Part shown: piece by piece, positions 38,942-47,658 of the stretch
Layout of the letters: each line of letters begins with the position of its first letter
How positions within the stretch are numbered: position 1 is the first letter of the stretch
Source of the DNA: a virus
Length of the DNA: 64,000 nucleotides
Strand: one strand, 5' to 3'
IMG/VR virus record: IMGVR_UViG_3300004369_000006
Span: 1 to 64,000 of that record
Notes under the pieces: generated by a model
The model's database searches: none
Seen by the model: only the letters and a program-made list of their open reading frames with translations
Told to the model about the DNA's origin: nothing
Program-made: the position numbers and the translations under genes

Positions 38942-39142
38942 TTACTCTGGGTTTTCTACTCCTTCCAAATTAATAATAACTTCCACATTTTCTAGAGAGG
39001 TCATCTCTTCGATATATTTTTCTCCATATAACAATTCATCCACGGCATCTCTAGCTGCAGCTTCGCTATAGCCTTCAACAACCACGTTAATTGAGCTTCC
39101 TACATCAACGGTGAATTTATATACTTTAATAGTATCGGACAT
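38942..39142 (-). CDS. Small acidic hypothetical protein
   Basis: Packed operon ORF. Confidence 0.6.
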   Translation of the reverse strand: MSDTIKVYKFTVDVGSSINVVVEGYSEAAARDAVDELLYGEKYIEEMTSLENVEVIINLEGVENPE

Positions 39143-39178
39143 GGTGAAGTTATTTATTACAAAGTAAGCAATAATAAT

Positions 39179-39409
39179 TTAATTATTAGGACCTTGTTTG
39201 ATGATTAATACCAAAGCATCTATATCAGAGTGAGCTAAATGGTACTCTAAAATAGGGGAAGAACCTTGTTCTACCTCCATAGCAGCTAAGTCATATAAAT
39301 CTACAAACTCTTCTTTGTAGTCAGGATATTGAATACAGTATTCATCAATCTCTTTCTTCAACTTTTCTAGTGATCCCATCATAGTTTTTTTTATAAAATT
39401 CTTCTCCAT
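39179..39409 (-). CDS. Hypothetical protein
   Basis: ORF; start uncertain. Confidence 0.5.
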   Translation of the reverse strand: MEKNFIKKTMMGSLEKLKKEIDEYCIQYPDYKEEFVDLYDLAAMEVEQGSSPILEYHLAHSDIDALVLIIKQGPNN

Positions 39410-39617
39410 CTTCAGTAGTGCCGTAGAAGCCTCCTATTCTACCTGCATCATAAGCAGCTATAATATGATTCTTTTCTTGTTTTTTAGCTTCTGCTAGAAA
39501 CTTATCTCGCCATTCACCTCCAGTATGTGCTGATATTTCATCTCTATCACGCATCCAAACAATATATTCTAGTCTTTCAGCTAGAAATTCAACAGGTGTC
39601 TTTCGTTGTTCTGACAT
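39345..39617 (-). CDS. Hypothetical protein (KTPVEFL...EAKxxEKxxIxxAYxxG type)
   Basis: Motif pattern common in Bacteroidota phage early genes. Confidence 0.6.
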   Translation of the reverse strand: MSEQRKTPVEFLAERLEYIVWMRDRDEISAHTGGEWRDKFLAEAKKQEKNHIIAAYDAGRIGGFYGTTEDGEEFYKKNYDGITRKVEERD

Positions 39618-39667
39618 ATAATTATTGATTTAAAAGGGTTATTAATTGTTATTGCATATAATAAGTT

Positions 39668-39883
39668 TCATGTTTCGTTTATTTCGTTTATAAGTCTGAG
39701 TACTTCTTCTACAGGTTCTAATACTTCTAAGGTATTATTCTGTTTGCTACTGAAAAGTATTATAGAACTGCCTTTAGTAGTAGTATTAGGCATAATCACT
39801 TCTATACTGTTTACATTGACATAAATAAACCTATGTTCTGTATTAAGCTTAATGAATTTCATTGTCTGTAGGTTTAGTGACAT
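39668..39883 (-). CDS. Small hypothetical protein
   Basis: MKFIKL...YVNVNSIE...VxEPVEEV small beta domain. Confidence 0.55.
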   Translation of the reverse strand: MSLNLQTMKFIKLNTEHRFIYVNVNSIEVIMPNTTTKGSSIILFSSKQNNTLEVLEPVEEVLRLINEINET

Positions 39884-40040
39884 GTTCTATAAGCTTACCT
39901 ATAAACTCTATCTCGTTAAACTTGTAGTTCTTGCGTACTTTCTCAAAGTTGTAGGTGTACGTCTTACCGTTTTCATCTTTAATTGTAATTTTCATTTTAA
40001 AATATGTATCTGATTTTGTTCCAAGGAATAATCTCATCAT
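39849..40040 (-). CDS. Small hypothetical protein
   Basis: Likely starts at MKITIKD, just after the stop of the radical SAM gene. Confidence 0.45.
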   Translation of the reverse strand: MMRLFLGTKSDTYFKMKITIKDENGKTYTYNFEKVRKNYKFNEIEFIGKLIEHVTKPTDNEIH

Positions 40041-40875
40041 GCAGTGCAGTCCATTCTTTGATAAGTTTGTCTTTTAGTTGCCACTTATAGCGAATGTTCT
40101 TACCACCATACTGAGATGTTTTTGCTTCTTGTATTTTAGGAACCCATAACAGGTTTTCACCTGGTAGGTTATTGCTAAGGTTATCTAAGTGCTTTTTCTC
40201 ATTGTGAGTAAGAAAGATAACTTCTGCTTTTACAATGTCTTTATAATCGACATAGTTATCTACCATTTCAAATAGTTCACGGTAGTCCTCTATCCATTCT
40301 CTGTATACTACAACAGGAGAAAAGTTAAAGTGTACATCATACCCAGCATCTATGAAGGCATCTGCTGCTTTAATGCGATCTATTATAGGAGCAGTATTAG
40401 GTTCTAGTATACTGCTGATATGTTGGGGCATTAAGCTAAAACGAATACGTACTTTACCTTGAGGATCATAGTCCAGGTATTGCGTAGGTATAGTCTTAGT
40501 AGCAAGCGTAGCCATTGCTTTTGGGTGCTCTTTAAAGAAATCAAATATCCTTCTCCAGTCATGGTACTTATGATGTAATGCAAAGTCTTCGTTGCATGAG
40601 ATATCGTAAGTATATAGACTGTCATGAGTTTGATTAGGCTTAGGAGTATCCGCATAGAAATAAGCATGATTGTTAATGGATGTAAGGATATCACCTACAT
40701 TAGTGGCGATATCCAATCCATCATTTCTATTTCTCTTGCAGTAACAATAGTGGCAGTTAAATAGACATCCAAAACCAAAAGAAGGAGTAATGTAATCAGA
40801 TGATCGATTACTTATTTTAATCTCAAACTTTCTTCTTGTTACTTCACGTACTTTAGCTAAGGCAGTTTGTGGCAT
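39997..40875 (-). CDS. Spore photoproduct lyase-like radical SAM enzyme
   Basis: GCLFNCHYCY (CxxxCxxC), DISCNED, RIRFSLMP, EP...RI.A, NFSP, RY near the C-terminus. Confidence 0.82.
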   Translation of the reverse strand: MPQTALAKVREVTRRKFEIKISNRSSDYITPSFGFGCLFNCHYCYCKRNRNDGLDIATNVGDILTSINNHAYFYADTPKPNQTHDSLYTYDISCNEDFALHHKYHDWRRIFDFFKEHPKAMATLATKTIPTQYLDYDPQGKVRIRFSLMPQHISSILEPNTAPIIDRIKAADAFIDAGYDVHFNFSPVVVYREWIEDYRELFEMVDNYVDYKDIVKAEVIFLTHNEKKHLDNLSNNLPGENLLWVPKIQEAKTSQYGGKNIRYKWQLKDKLIKEWTALHDEIIPWNKIRYIF

Positions 40876-41102
40876 ATCTTCTCAAATAAATAGAGGTTTG
40901 CGACACTAAGTATAAATACACCTAATGCAAAAGCACATTGTGCTAAGTCTTGAGATAGTAATACCGCATTCCAATTTAGTATCTTAAACAATATGATAGA
41001 TAGTTTAATACCAGTGTTTACTGCAGTACCGAATAAAAAAGCAATGCTTAAAACATAGTAGATATTAACTAGATGCTTGCTTAATAATTTGCTTTTTGAC
41101 AT
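40857..41102 (-). CDS. Small membrane protein
   Basis: Two hydrophobic segments; overlaps neighbours. Confidence 0.5.
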   Translation of the reverse strand: MSKSKLLSKHLVNIYYVLSIAFLFGTAVNTGIKLSIILFKILNWNAVLLSQDLAQCAFALGVFILSVANLYLFEKICHKLP

Positions 41103-41511
41103 AATAAATCAATTTAAATAATAGATCCCCGTCTGCTTCCATATTTGCATGACGGGTTTTGTTGTATTTATTGGCTTCGAAGATATGCTTTTTAACACCG
41201 CTAAACAGAAGAAAACTCTCGGAGTTATATCCACTTTTGTTTTCTCGTTTAACAGGCGTTACACTCAAGTTATACCCTCTAGGTTCTACACTACCTGTGA
41301 AGTAGTTCATGCCTCCCATAGAATAAGATATACCAATCTTTAGGAAGTCATATTCTGTGGCTTGTGGAAAGTCTATTACTTCATAACCATCAGTGATGTG
41401 TACATCCATCATTGGAATGTATAATACTTTACTGCGATGTTTATTTACATCACAGTTTTTTACCATATCAGCAAGCTCACTAACATGGTATTTAATAAAA
41501 GTTTCAGTCAT
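41065..41511 (-). CDS. Hypothetical protein
   Basis: YSMGGMNYFTG...RGY motif. Confidence 0.65.
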   Translation of the reverse strand: MTETFIKYHVSELADMVKNCDVNKHRSKVLYIPMMDVHITDGYEVIDFPQATEYDFLKIGISYSMGGMNYFTGSVEPRGYNLSVTPVKRENKSGYNSESFLLFSGVKKHIFEANKYNKTRHANMEADGDLLFKLIYYVKKQIIKQASS

Positions 41512-41743
41512 GATTTAATATATTACGATTAATAATTCTAACACGTGGATCTTCTGTAAGTATATCACCACGTTTGCTGACTACTATATTGATAATCTCA
41601 GGGTCTTCTGCCAACTGCTCGAGCATAGCCACATAGTTTGCGTGTAAGAGCTCTTTAATGCTTTTGGCTGACCAAGTGCACTTATCATCTAAAAGTGCGT
41701 CAGCGTTTTTGTAAAATTGTTTTAAGACTTCAGATCTAGTCAT
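41504..41743 (-). CDS. Hypothetical protein
   Basis: Packed operon ORF. Confidence 0.6.
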   Translation of the reverse strand: MTRSEVLKQFYKNADALLDDKCTWSAKSIKELLHANYVAMLEQLAEDPEIINIVVSKRGDILTEDPRVRIINRNILNHD

Positions 41744-41769
41744 GATATAAAAAGATAAAGGTTAATAGT

Positions 41770-42213
41770 TTAGGATTTATAGTACGTATGCACATACTCT
41801 TTAAAGTCGTCAAACTTATTCTCTTGTATCCACCTAGACACAGAGAGATATTTACCTACTACATCATATTCTGCACCATAGGCAAGTACAGTTTGGATAC
41901 ATCGGCTTTTGGCTTGTGCACCGTTAAAGTAAGTAGGATTTACCGCTTTCATAATCTTGACTAGACCACGATAGTGTGGTGTAGTACTCTTGTAGTAATT
42001 ATCCTTTAACTTTTTGCTTTTAAGCGTAGGATTTAACCACACGGTAAACTGCTTACCTTCGGGAGTAGTAAAAGAATATTGCTTTTGCCAACCATCACCG
42101 TTAGGTATCTCGTCACTTGGTATAATCTCTTCGTAATTGTAAGAGTCATCCTCCAATGGGTCAAAAGCCATAGCTTTTGTTTCTTCTAACGTTTCTTCTA
42201 ACATAATACTCAT
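41770..42213 (-). CDS. Hypothetical protein
   Basis: Packed operon ORF. Confidence 0.65.
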   Translation of the reverse strand: MSIMLEETLEETKAMAFDPLEDDSYNYEEIIPSDEIPNGDGWQKQYSFTTPEGKQFTVWLNPTLKSKKLKDNYYKSTTPHYRGLVKIMKAVNPTYFNGAQAKSRCIQTVLAYGAEYDVVGKYLSVSRWIQENKFDDFKEYVHTYYKS

Positions 42214-42214
42214 T

Positions 42215-42496
42215 TTATTTATTTGTTTTTAATTGATAGATGTAACCTTCCTCCACAGCTTCTGTCATGTTACCGCATATGGTATCTTTGAAACTGCTAT
42301 AGAAGTCTTTAAATTGATTGCTATTCATAAGTCGTGATATGGGATTCTCTTTGATAGTATCCAAGTAAGAGGTAAGACTGCACTGGCAGATTTCCATTTC
42401 TTGGGTTACAAATACCATATCGCTTTCGATGTCTTTAGCAGCGAGTACAAGTACTTCGCTATCATCATTGTACAATACGTGATACTCTAGATTCAT
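42215..42496 (-). CDS. Hypothetical protein
   Basis: ATGA-coupled to the upstream ATPase gene. Confidence 0.6.
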   Translation of the reverse strand: MNLEYHVLYNDDSEVLVLAAKDIESDMVFVTQEMEICQCSLTSYLDTIKENPISRLMNSNQFKDFYSSFKDTICGNMTEAVEEGYIYQLKTNK

Positions 42497-43815
42497 GCTA
42501 ATTGATGTTTAGAAATTAATAATTTAGATAGATTAAATATTAGGATGTCTTGGAAGTGTCTAGTGCAATCATCTACATTGAAGTCAAGATGCATAAATTC
42601 TTCCAATAGTAATCCTGTGATAAAAGGTAGATTTAGTTTGTCACTACGGAATTCTATTTCCGAGTTAATGACAATCAGGTTTTTACTGCGGTCTGCTAAA
42701 CCCCATATTACAGAGTCTGTATTCATGCTTTTGATCTTAGCATATGTAATATCAAACATGAAGATGTTACTAAACTCACTAGCTATAACGTCTTTAGCTT
42801 CTTCGACTAACCGTCTTAGCTCTATACTTACAAGGTTAATATCCACAGGTCTGTATATCTTATCATCCTGGACATGAGTGTCTGAATCATATACAGAAGA
42901 TATTACTGCATAGAACGAAGAACATACATACAGTACATCTTGATCAGGACTGCCTATTACTTCTTCGATATTCTTCAAGCTAACAGGTTGAATCTTTAGA
43001 CTATTAAGCACCTGAATAAACTCTGCACTAAAGTTAGGAGTACATAGACTGCTAATCTTGTTATACTCATAAGTATCAGACATAGTAAACCGATGGATAA
43101 ACTGTTTGATTAATAGTTTATCTTGTAATTCAAAGAGGTCTTCAAGATAGTGATACGAAGCCAAGTGATTATAGATACGTCTTTCATCTATGGTAATGGA
43201 CTTAGTAGCATCTATATTAAACATAGCAGGATACTCTTTGATATCACCTGCATAAAAGCCTTGGTAATATACTTTGGCTTTCTCTGTTTTACATAGGTTA
43301 TACTTATTACGTGCCCCTTCAAATAGCCATGTGTCTACATAGACGCTATGTAAGCTTCTGACAAGGTCATAAGTATCTCCAGGTCCTGTATAGATAACCC
43401 ATGTCAGAGTGTTATCATCCATCTGTACGATATAGTCATCTGCTTCCGTATAGATATTAGCATTAACATCTTGGTCTTTGGCATTAGACACCAACTCACG
43501 CAGTATCATCCATGGCTCCCAATCAGGACCTATTTCTGTACTGATATTGGTATTGATACCATTGATTGTGATACAGTCTGTAGTATGCACACCACGGTCA
43601 GAATACATTTCTATTTCTTCTGTGCTGATATCTACAGGTTTTGTACCATTATATAGGTAAAACTTAATTCCTTTTCTTAGAAGCAAAGCAAGAGCGTATT
43701 TAATACCACTGCCAAACTGACCAAACTTGGTATTATCATCTCTCTTGGTGCTAAAGCCTATGACTTTAAGGAACTGAAGGTCTATACAACCATTAGATTG
43801 GATTATAATCTTCAT
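42493..43815 (-). CDS. GHKL-type ATPase (permuted motif order) with C-terminal zincin-like segment
   Basis: GxSTK...GQFGSG lid near the N-terminus, LRELVSNAKD N-box after it, C-terminal LLEEFMH. Confidence 0.7.
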   Translation of the reverse strand: MKIIIQSNGCIDLQFLKVIGFSTKRDDNTKFGQFGSGIKYALALLLRKGIKFYLYNGTKPVDISTEEIEMYSDRGVHTTDCITINGINTNISTEIGPDWEPWMILRELVSNAKDQDVNANIYTEADDYIVQMDDNTLTWVIYTGPGDTYDLVRSLHSVYVDTWLFEGARNKYNLCKTEKAKVYYQGFYAGDIKEYPAMFNIDATKSITIDERRIYNHLASYHYLEDLFELQDKLLIKQFIHRFTMSDTYEYNKISSLCTPNFSAEFIQVLNSLKIQPVSLKNIEEVIGSPDQDVLYVCSSFYAVISSVYDSDTHVQDDKIYRPVDINLVSIELRRLVEEAKDVIASEFSNIFMFDITYAKIKSMNTDSVIWGLADRSKNLIVINSEIEFRSDKLNLPFITGLLLEEFMHLDFNVDDCTRHFQDILIFNLSKLLISKHQLA

Positions 43816-43826
43816 TGTAATTTAAT

Positions 43827-44438
43827 TTAGTATTTGTATTTAATAAATTCAACAAATTTAATAGCGGTTTCTTCTGACCAATTAGCAACCCTCTTAGCTT
43901 TAGGGTCTTCATCATAGATATAATGCGTTACAAAATACTCAAGTGCATTAGCTAATTCTTCAGTAGATTTATCATTACTATACCCCCATATGTAATTACG
44001 GTTTTCATAATCCATAGGAAGTTTATATTGTATTTGAAAGTATAACCTTCTAATAGTACTCATTAAACTTTTATCAGAAGGTGTATCTAGACAAAACTCA
44101 AAGTCTTCACTATTATACTCGATAATCTCTTCGGTATTATCACCTATAAAACTGTGAGTCTTATGATCATAATGTGCTTCTCCATAAGCATGAAAGTCAC
44201 CAGCCCATGATCCATAGCCTAGTTGATCGTTAATCATTTCTTCTAGACGATCAAATATAGAATAGTCAAAAGAGCTTTCAGGATTGACAATAGCACCATC
44301 TACGGTAAAGTATACCATACCACTGTCATTGCCTCCATCCCAGTTAGCAACAATCTCATGTCCTTTATTTACGAGGTCATCGAGATAAACATAAATCTCT
44401 TCATTAGACATTACTAAGTCATTAATTAAATTTTTCAT
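43827..44438 (-). CDS. Acidic protein, DUF6878-like
   Basis: WDGGNDSG motif; TAATG-coupled to the DUF6915-like gene. Confidence 0.5.
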   Translation of the reverse strand: MKNLINDLVMSNEEIYVYLDDLVNKGHEIVANWDGGNDSGMVYFTVDGAIVNPESSFDYSIFDRLEEMINDQLGYGSWAGDFHAYGEAHYDHKTHSFIGDNTEEIIEYNSEDFEFCLDTPSDKSLMSTIRRLYFQIQYKLPMDYENRNYIWGYSNDKSTEELANALEYFVTHYIYDEDPKAKRVANWSEETAIKFVEFIKYKY

Positions 44439-44845
44439 TAGTCTGTAATTGTTTTAGAATTAGTATTAAATCGGATATCACTTGTATCCTCTGATAGGGT
44501 ATTAAGGGTTTGTTTACTTACGCCACGTTTAAAGATCCATGTAATCTTAGAATCATCTAAAGAAGTGAGGTAATCTTTAATGGTTGGTATCCAACCTAGG
44601 TCTTCCATGATATGCTGTTCGGCAATAGCACGTATAAGAACTTTTTTGCCATCGGTATTATAAAGTATAGTACCAAAGTGTTCTTCACACCAGAAGATAC
44701 CTTCTGCGTGATGTCTGAGTGCTCTATGCCGCATATCAGGCATATGTTTCTTGGTTTCGTCAAACCATTCATGGATAGCAAGGTAATCTAAGTACTGACC
44801 TCCATGTTTCTTTGCGCTACTAATAGCATGATGATAAGGATGCAT
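44438..44845 (-). CDS. DUF6915-like His-rich protein
   Basis: HPYHHAxSS...IHEWFDETK...RHRALRHHAEGIF...AEQHIxEDLGxIP. Confidence 0.75.
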   Translation of the reverse strand: MHPYHHAISSAKKHGGQYLDYLAIHEWFDETKKHMPDMRHRALRHHAEGIFWCEEHFGTILYNTDGKKVLIRAIAEQHIMEDLGWIPTIKDYLTSLDDSKITWIFKRGVSKQTLNTLSEDTSDIRFNTNSKTITD

Positions 44846-44847
44846 AA

Positions 44848-45177
44848 TTAATCTAATTTATATTCGTTTTTAATGTGTTGTACAAACTCAGGATCACTCT
44901 TTAGGATTCTGCACATATCTACATAGCGATGTAGTATATCACCATGAGTACGTGTTTCACCAAATAGATAGTTCTCAAGATTACGTATGCCTACCATATC
45001 AATCATGATAGCATACTTAGTCAAGTCTTCATCTCGCATGATTTCAAAGTATGTAATGTTATCTAATGTTTGATAGTATGCATTCTGTATGTCATACTCT
45101 TCCTGATTCTTAGCGATGTATACATCTCTTTCAAGACGCAACTCTTCAGGGTCTAAATTACTGTTGTAATCTAACAT
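44848..45177 (-). CDS. Hypothetical protein
   Basis: ORF with AT-rich leader. Confidence 0.6.
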   Translation of the reverse strand: MLDYNSNLDPEELRLERDVYIAKNQEEYDIQNAYYQTLDNITYFEIMRDEDLTKYAIMIDMVGIRNLENYLFGETRTHGDILHRYVDMCRILKSDPEFVQHIKNEYKLD

Positions 45178-45227
45178 GTGTTTAATAGATTTAAGTGTTC
45201 ATTGTACGTGAACGTTATAGAATAGTG

Positions 45228-45257
45228 AAAAAAAAGCCCCGCTGTTACGCAGGGCTT
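45228..45257 (-). terminator. Intrinsic terminator
   Basis: - strand AAGCCCTGC-GTAACA-GCGGGGCTT followed by a U-tract. Confidence 0.8.
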
Positions 45258-45293
45258 CTCCTAGAAACTAAAACCTCCTCAGATTGAGGAAGA

Positions 45294-45554
45294 TCATGAA
45301 AAGAACGACTCTTCTTCGCCAAACATATTATCCCACTGACTAGGGGAATAACCTGTAATCAACAACTCACGTTGCTCAGCAGGGATGTTTGGAAAAATAT
45401 TTTGAATGTTTTCTTCGTCCACTAGCAGTCTTTGATACTGGTCTTCATGCACGATAAAATAGTGTGCGTTACCATCCGTGTCAATGACTTGCATTTGGAC
45501 TTGTCCTGGCTCAAGAGTCAAAAGCCTTTTGATAGAAATATTAGGATTTCTCAT
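45294..45554 (-). CDS. Conserved phage early protein (IQxxFPxxxAExRExLITG...W motif)
   Basis: Recognisable widespread phage motif; function unknown. Confidence 0.65.
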   Translation of the reverse strand: MRNPNISIKRLLTLEPGQVQMQVIDTDGNAHYFIVHEDQYQRLLVDEENIQNIFPNIPAEQRELLITGYSPSQWDNMFGEEESFFS

Positions 45555-45589
45555 GATGTAAATATAGGATTTAATTAATAAAAAGAAAA

Positions 45590-45688
45590 TTAACTATGGT
45601 ATAATCCATAGAAGGTTAATAAAGCGATGTAAACCACTATAGCAATAGCGATATAGTCGTACTTAAAAAGAACGGTTTTAAATTTCAT
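45590..45688 (-). CDS. 32-aa single-TM peptide (not in ORF track)
   Basis: MKFKTVLFKYDYIAIAIVVYIALLTFYGLYHS; ATGA-coupled to the upstream gene. Confidence 0.5.
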   Translation of the reverse strand: MKFKTVLFKYDYIAIAIVVYIALLTFYGLYHS

Positions 45689-45984
45689 TTGTGTAGGTAT
45701 TTAGGGATTTCAGGAGCATGATTATGAACCCATCCATCCATGTAAATAGAAAAGGAACTGTTGGTAAACCATAAAGTACCACGTATTTGCATATAGAAAT
45801 GGTCTTTGATGGTATAGTCTAACTCATCCATGAACTTATCAATTTGTTCTTGAGTATAGTCCACTGGAAGTCGGTATTCATATCTACGGTTTGTCTTATA
45901 GTCTTCTACAGATAACTCCGCACACTTTAAAGACACATCACCTAGACTGATGATGTGTCTAACAATAGATTGTTTAATAGTCAT
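45685..45984 (-). CDS. Hypothetical protein
   Basis: LDY...GTLWF...W...PEIP pattern. Confidence 0.6.
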   Translation of the reverse strand: MTIKQSIVRHIISLGDVSLKCAELSVEDYKTNRRYEYRLPVDYTQEQIDKFMDELDYTIKDHFYMQIRGTLWFTNSSFSIYMDGWVHNHAPEIPKYLHK

Positions 45985-46042
45985 GATTCTTGCTGATGTA
46001 AATGGTTAGTATAAGAGATTAGTAAAGCCAGTAAACATAAGA

Positions 46043-46753
46043 TTAGTCCTTCCATGGTGAATTGGATTTAAAGTGTATCATATATTGACAGTTATCCATA
46101 TCGTAACCTATATGTTCTAAATAGCTCTTGATACCATTTTTGAATAGAACATAAGGATAAACTTGTACGGTATTTGTAGTATAGTCTAAGACCGTAACCA
46201 TAAGTTCTGTATTATCCTCTTCATCTTCTACATCATCATAGTCAAAGTCTTTCTGCAAAGAACTATGTACATGTTTATGTATACTACGGCAATAGTTTTC
46301 CAAAGCACCGCAGATATCATCTAACATATCCTTAGGTGTATGACTATCTAACATGTTCATAAGCTTATTAAAGAAATCAACTTCTTCCTTGTCAAAGACT
46401 AAACTATTAAACCTAGTAGCTATAGAGATACGGTAATCTAAGGTAGGAATCAAGTTATGTAACTTTATCACATAAGGAATACATCCCTCAATACTAGGAA
46501 ACTTACTCCCTGCATAATAGTCTATAACTTCTTCAGTACTATAGTAGTCAACTAAATCCTGAATAGTCACATTACATAACTCACCAATATGTATATCATA
46601 AAGAATATAAAAGACTTCACCCACTAGATTAACCCTACTCATAAACAGAATCTTATTCTCCTTAGTAACCTCTTCTAAGAGTCTATAATAGAATTCTGTA
46701 TTATACTTCTGACCATAGTAATAAGAAAGCTTGTAAGTATCTGTATGTGCCAT
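46043..46753 (-). CDS. Hypothetical protein, first gene after the large non-coding region
   Basis: 236-aa ORF with strong G/T codon skew. Confidence 0.6.
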   Translation of the reverse strand: MAHTDTYKLSYYYGQKYNTEFYYRLLEEVTKENKILFMSRVNLVGEVFYILYDIHIGELCNVTIQDLVDYYSTEEVIDYYAGSKFPSIEGCIPYVIKLHNLIPTLDYRISIATRFNSLVFDKEEVDFFNKLMNMLDSHTPKDMLDDICGALENYCRSIHKHVHSSLQKDFDYDDVEDEEDNTELMVTVLDYTTNTVQVYPYVLFKNGIKSYLEHIGYDMDNCQYMIHFKSNSPWKD

Positions 46754-46937
46754 AACAAATAAATTTTAATTGATTAATTACACTTAAAACATTAATGATT
46801 ACACTCTCAGTAGTAATCTACTCTGTTTACTTATTCTTATATATATTAAAACACTATTCTCTAATTATAACATATACAAAGACAACCAAATAACCCACTA
46901 TGGTTCCTCTAACCCACACCAACTAATGCATGAATAC

Positions 46938-47003
46938 TTGATTTAACGTAGCAATTAGTACCAAATATCACGGGTATATAACCATATGGATTGATTTAAC
47001 GTA
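46938..47003. repeat. Exact 13-bp direct repeat TTGATTTAACGTA
   Basis: Copies at 46938-46950 and 46991-47003. Confidence 0.85.
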
Positions 47004-47061
47004 TAAGCGGTTTACTTACCCACCCATACTAGTGTATAAACCCACCCCTTGAGTCCATTAT

Positions 47062-47104
47062 AAAAAAGACAAGGCCTGCACTTCGCAAGCCCTGCCTTGT
47101 TTCT
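47062..47104 (-). terminator. Intrinsic terminator
   Basis: - strand GGCTTGC-GAAGT-GCAGGCC stem followed by TTGTCTTTTTT, immediately after the stop at 47107. Confidence 0.7.
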
Positions 47105-47106
47105 AA

Positions 47107-47430
47107 TTAGCTGAGAACGTCTACAATGCGTAGTTTGCCCTCAATCATCGCAGTAGCAACTGTCTGCCCTTCACTCAACATTCCTAGCCACTTGGATGGA
47201 CCATAGATAGTGCCTCCTGCGGTTAATCTTACGGTCTTGCCGTTCTCTAAGATGACAAGTTCATTGCCCGCAGAATTAGGAATAATCTTCGAGATGGCGA
47301 CCTCTTCTCGCACGTCTTGCAAGAACTCTGCAATCTCGCTTTCTAAGGATTGCTGTGTTACAGAAGCTTTGGCTTTCTGCTCTGCTTGTGCCACTAAGGC
47401 GTCAACGTTAAGGTTAGCTAAATCTAACAT
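47107..47430 (-). CDS. Hypothetical protein (monocistronic)
   Basis: 107-aa ORF with its own candidate promoter and terminator. Confidence 0.7.
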   Translation of the reverse strand: MLDLANLNVDALVAQAEQKAKASVTQQSLESEIAEFLQDVREEVAISKIIPNSAGNELVILENGKTVRLTAGGTIYGPSKWLGMLSEGQTVATAMIEGKLRIVDVLS

Positions 47431-47505
47431 AACTGATAAAATTTAAAATAACGCACCAACTTATCCGCGTGATGCTTAACGTAGCCCGAGGTAGTTCCCC
47501 AGTGC

Positions 47506-47513
47506 CAAATCTA
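47506..47513 (-). promoter_or_regulatory. Bacteroidota sigmaA -7 element (TAGATTTG)
   Basis: TAnnTTTG on the - strand upstream of 47430; no -33 TTTG seen. Confidence 0.45.
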
Positions 47514-47586
47514 CGGGGGGTTCTCTATGTAGGTGTAACCCACAGTCAATAGTAATAGGGCTCAAATTTTTTTTAAAAAATATTTT

Positions 47587-47619
47587 TTTGGCGTATGGAT
47601 TATTTATTTATTACATTTG
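47587..47619 (+). promoter_or_regulatory. Bacteroidota sigmaA promoter for the structural arm
   Basis: TTTG (47587-90), 21-nt spacer, TACATTTG (47612-19): full -33/-7 consensus. Confidence 0.75.
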
Positions 47620-47658
47620 TGGGTAGCCAAAAGAAATGATATAGGCTAAAAGTGACAC

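Noticed and set aside
46754-47658. tRNA, ribozyme or CRISPR array in the largest non-coding regions
   Set aside because: No cloverleaf/T-loop signature, no hammerhead core and no regularly spaced repeat-spacer units; possible pairings around 47483-47562 are only 4-5 bp.
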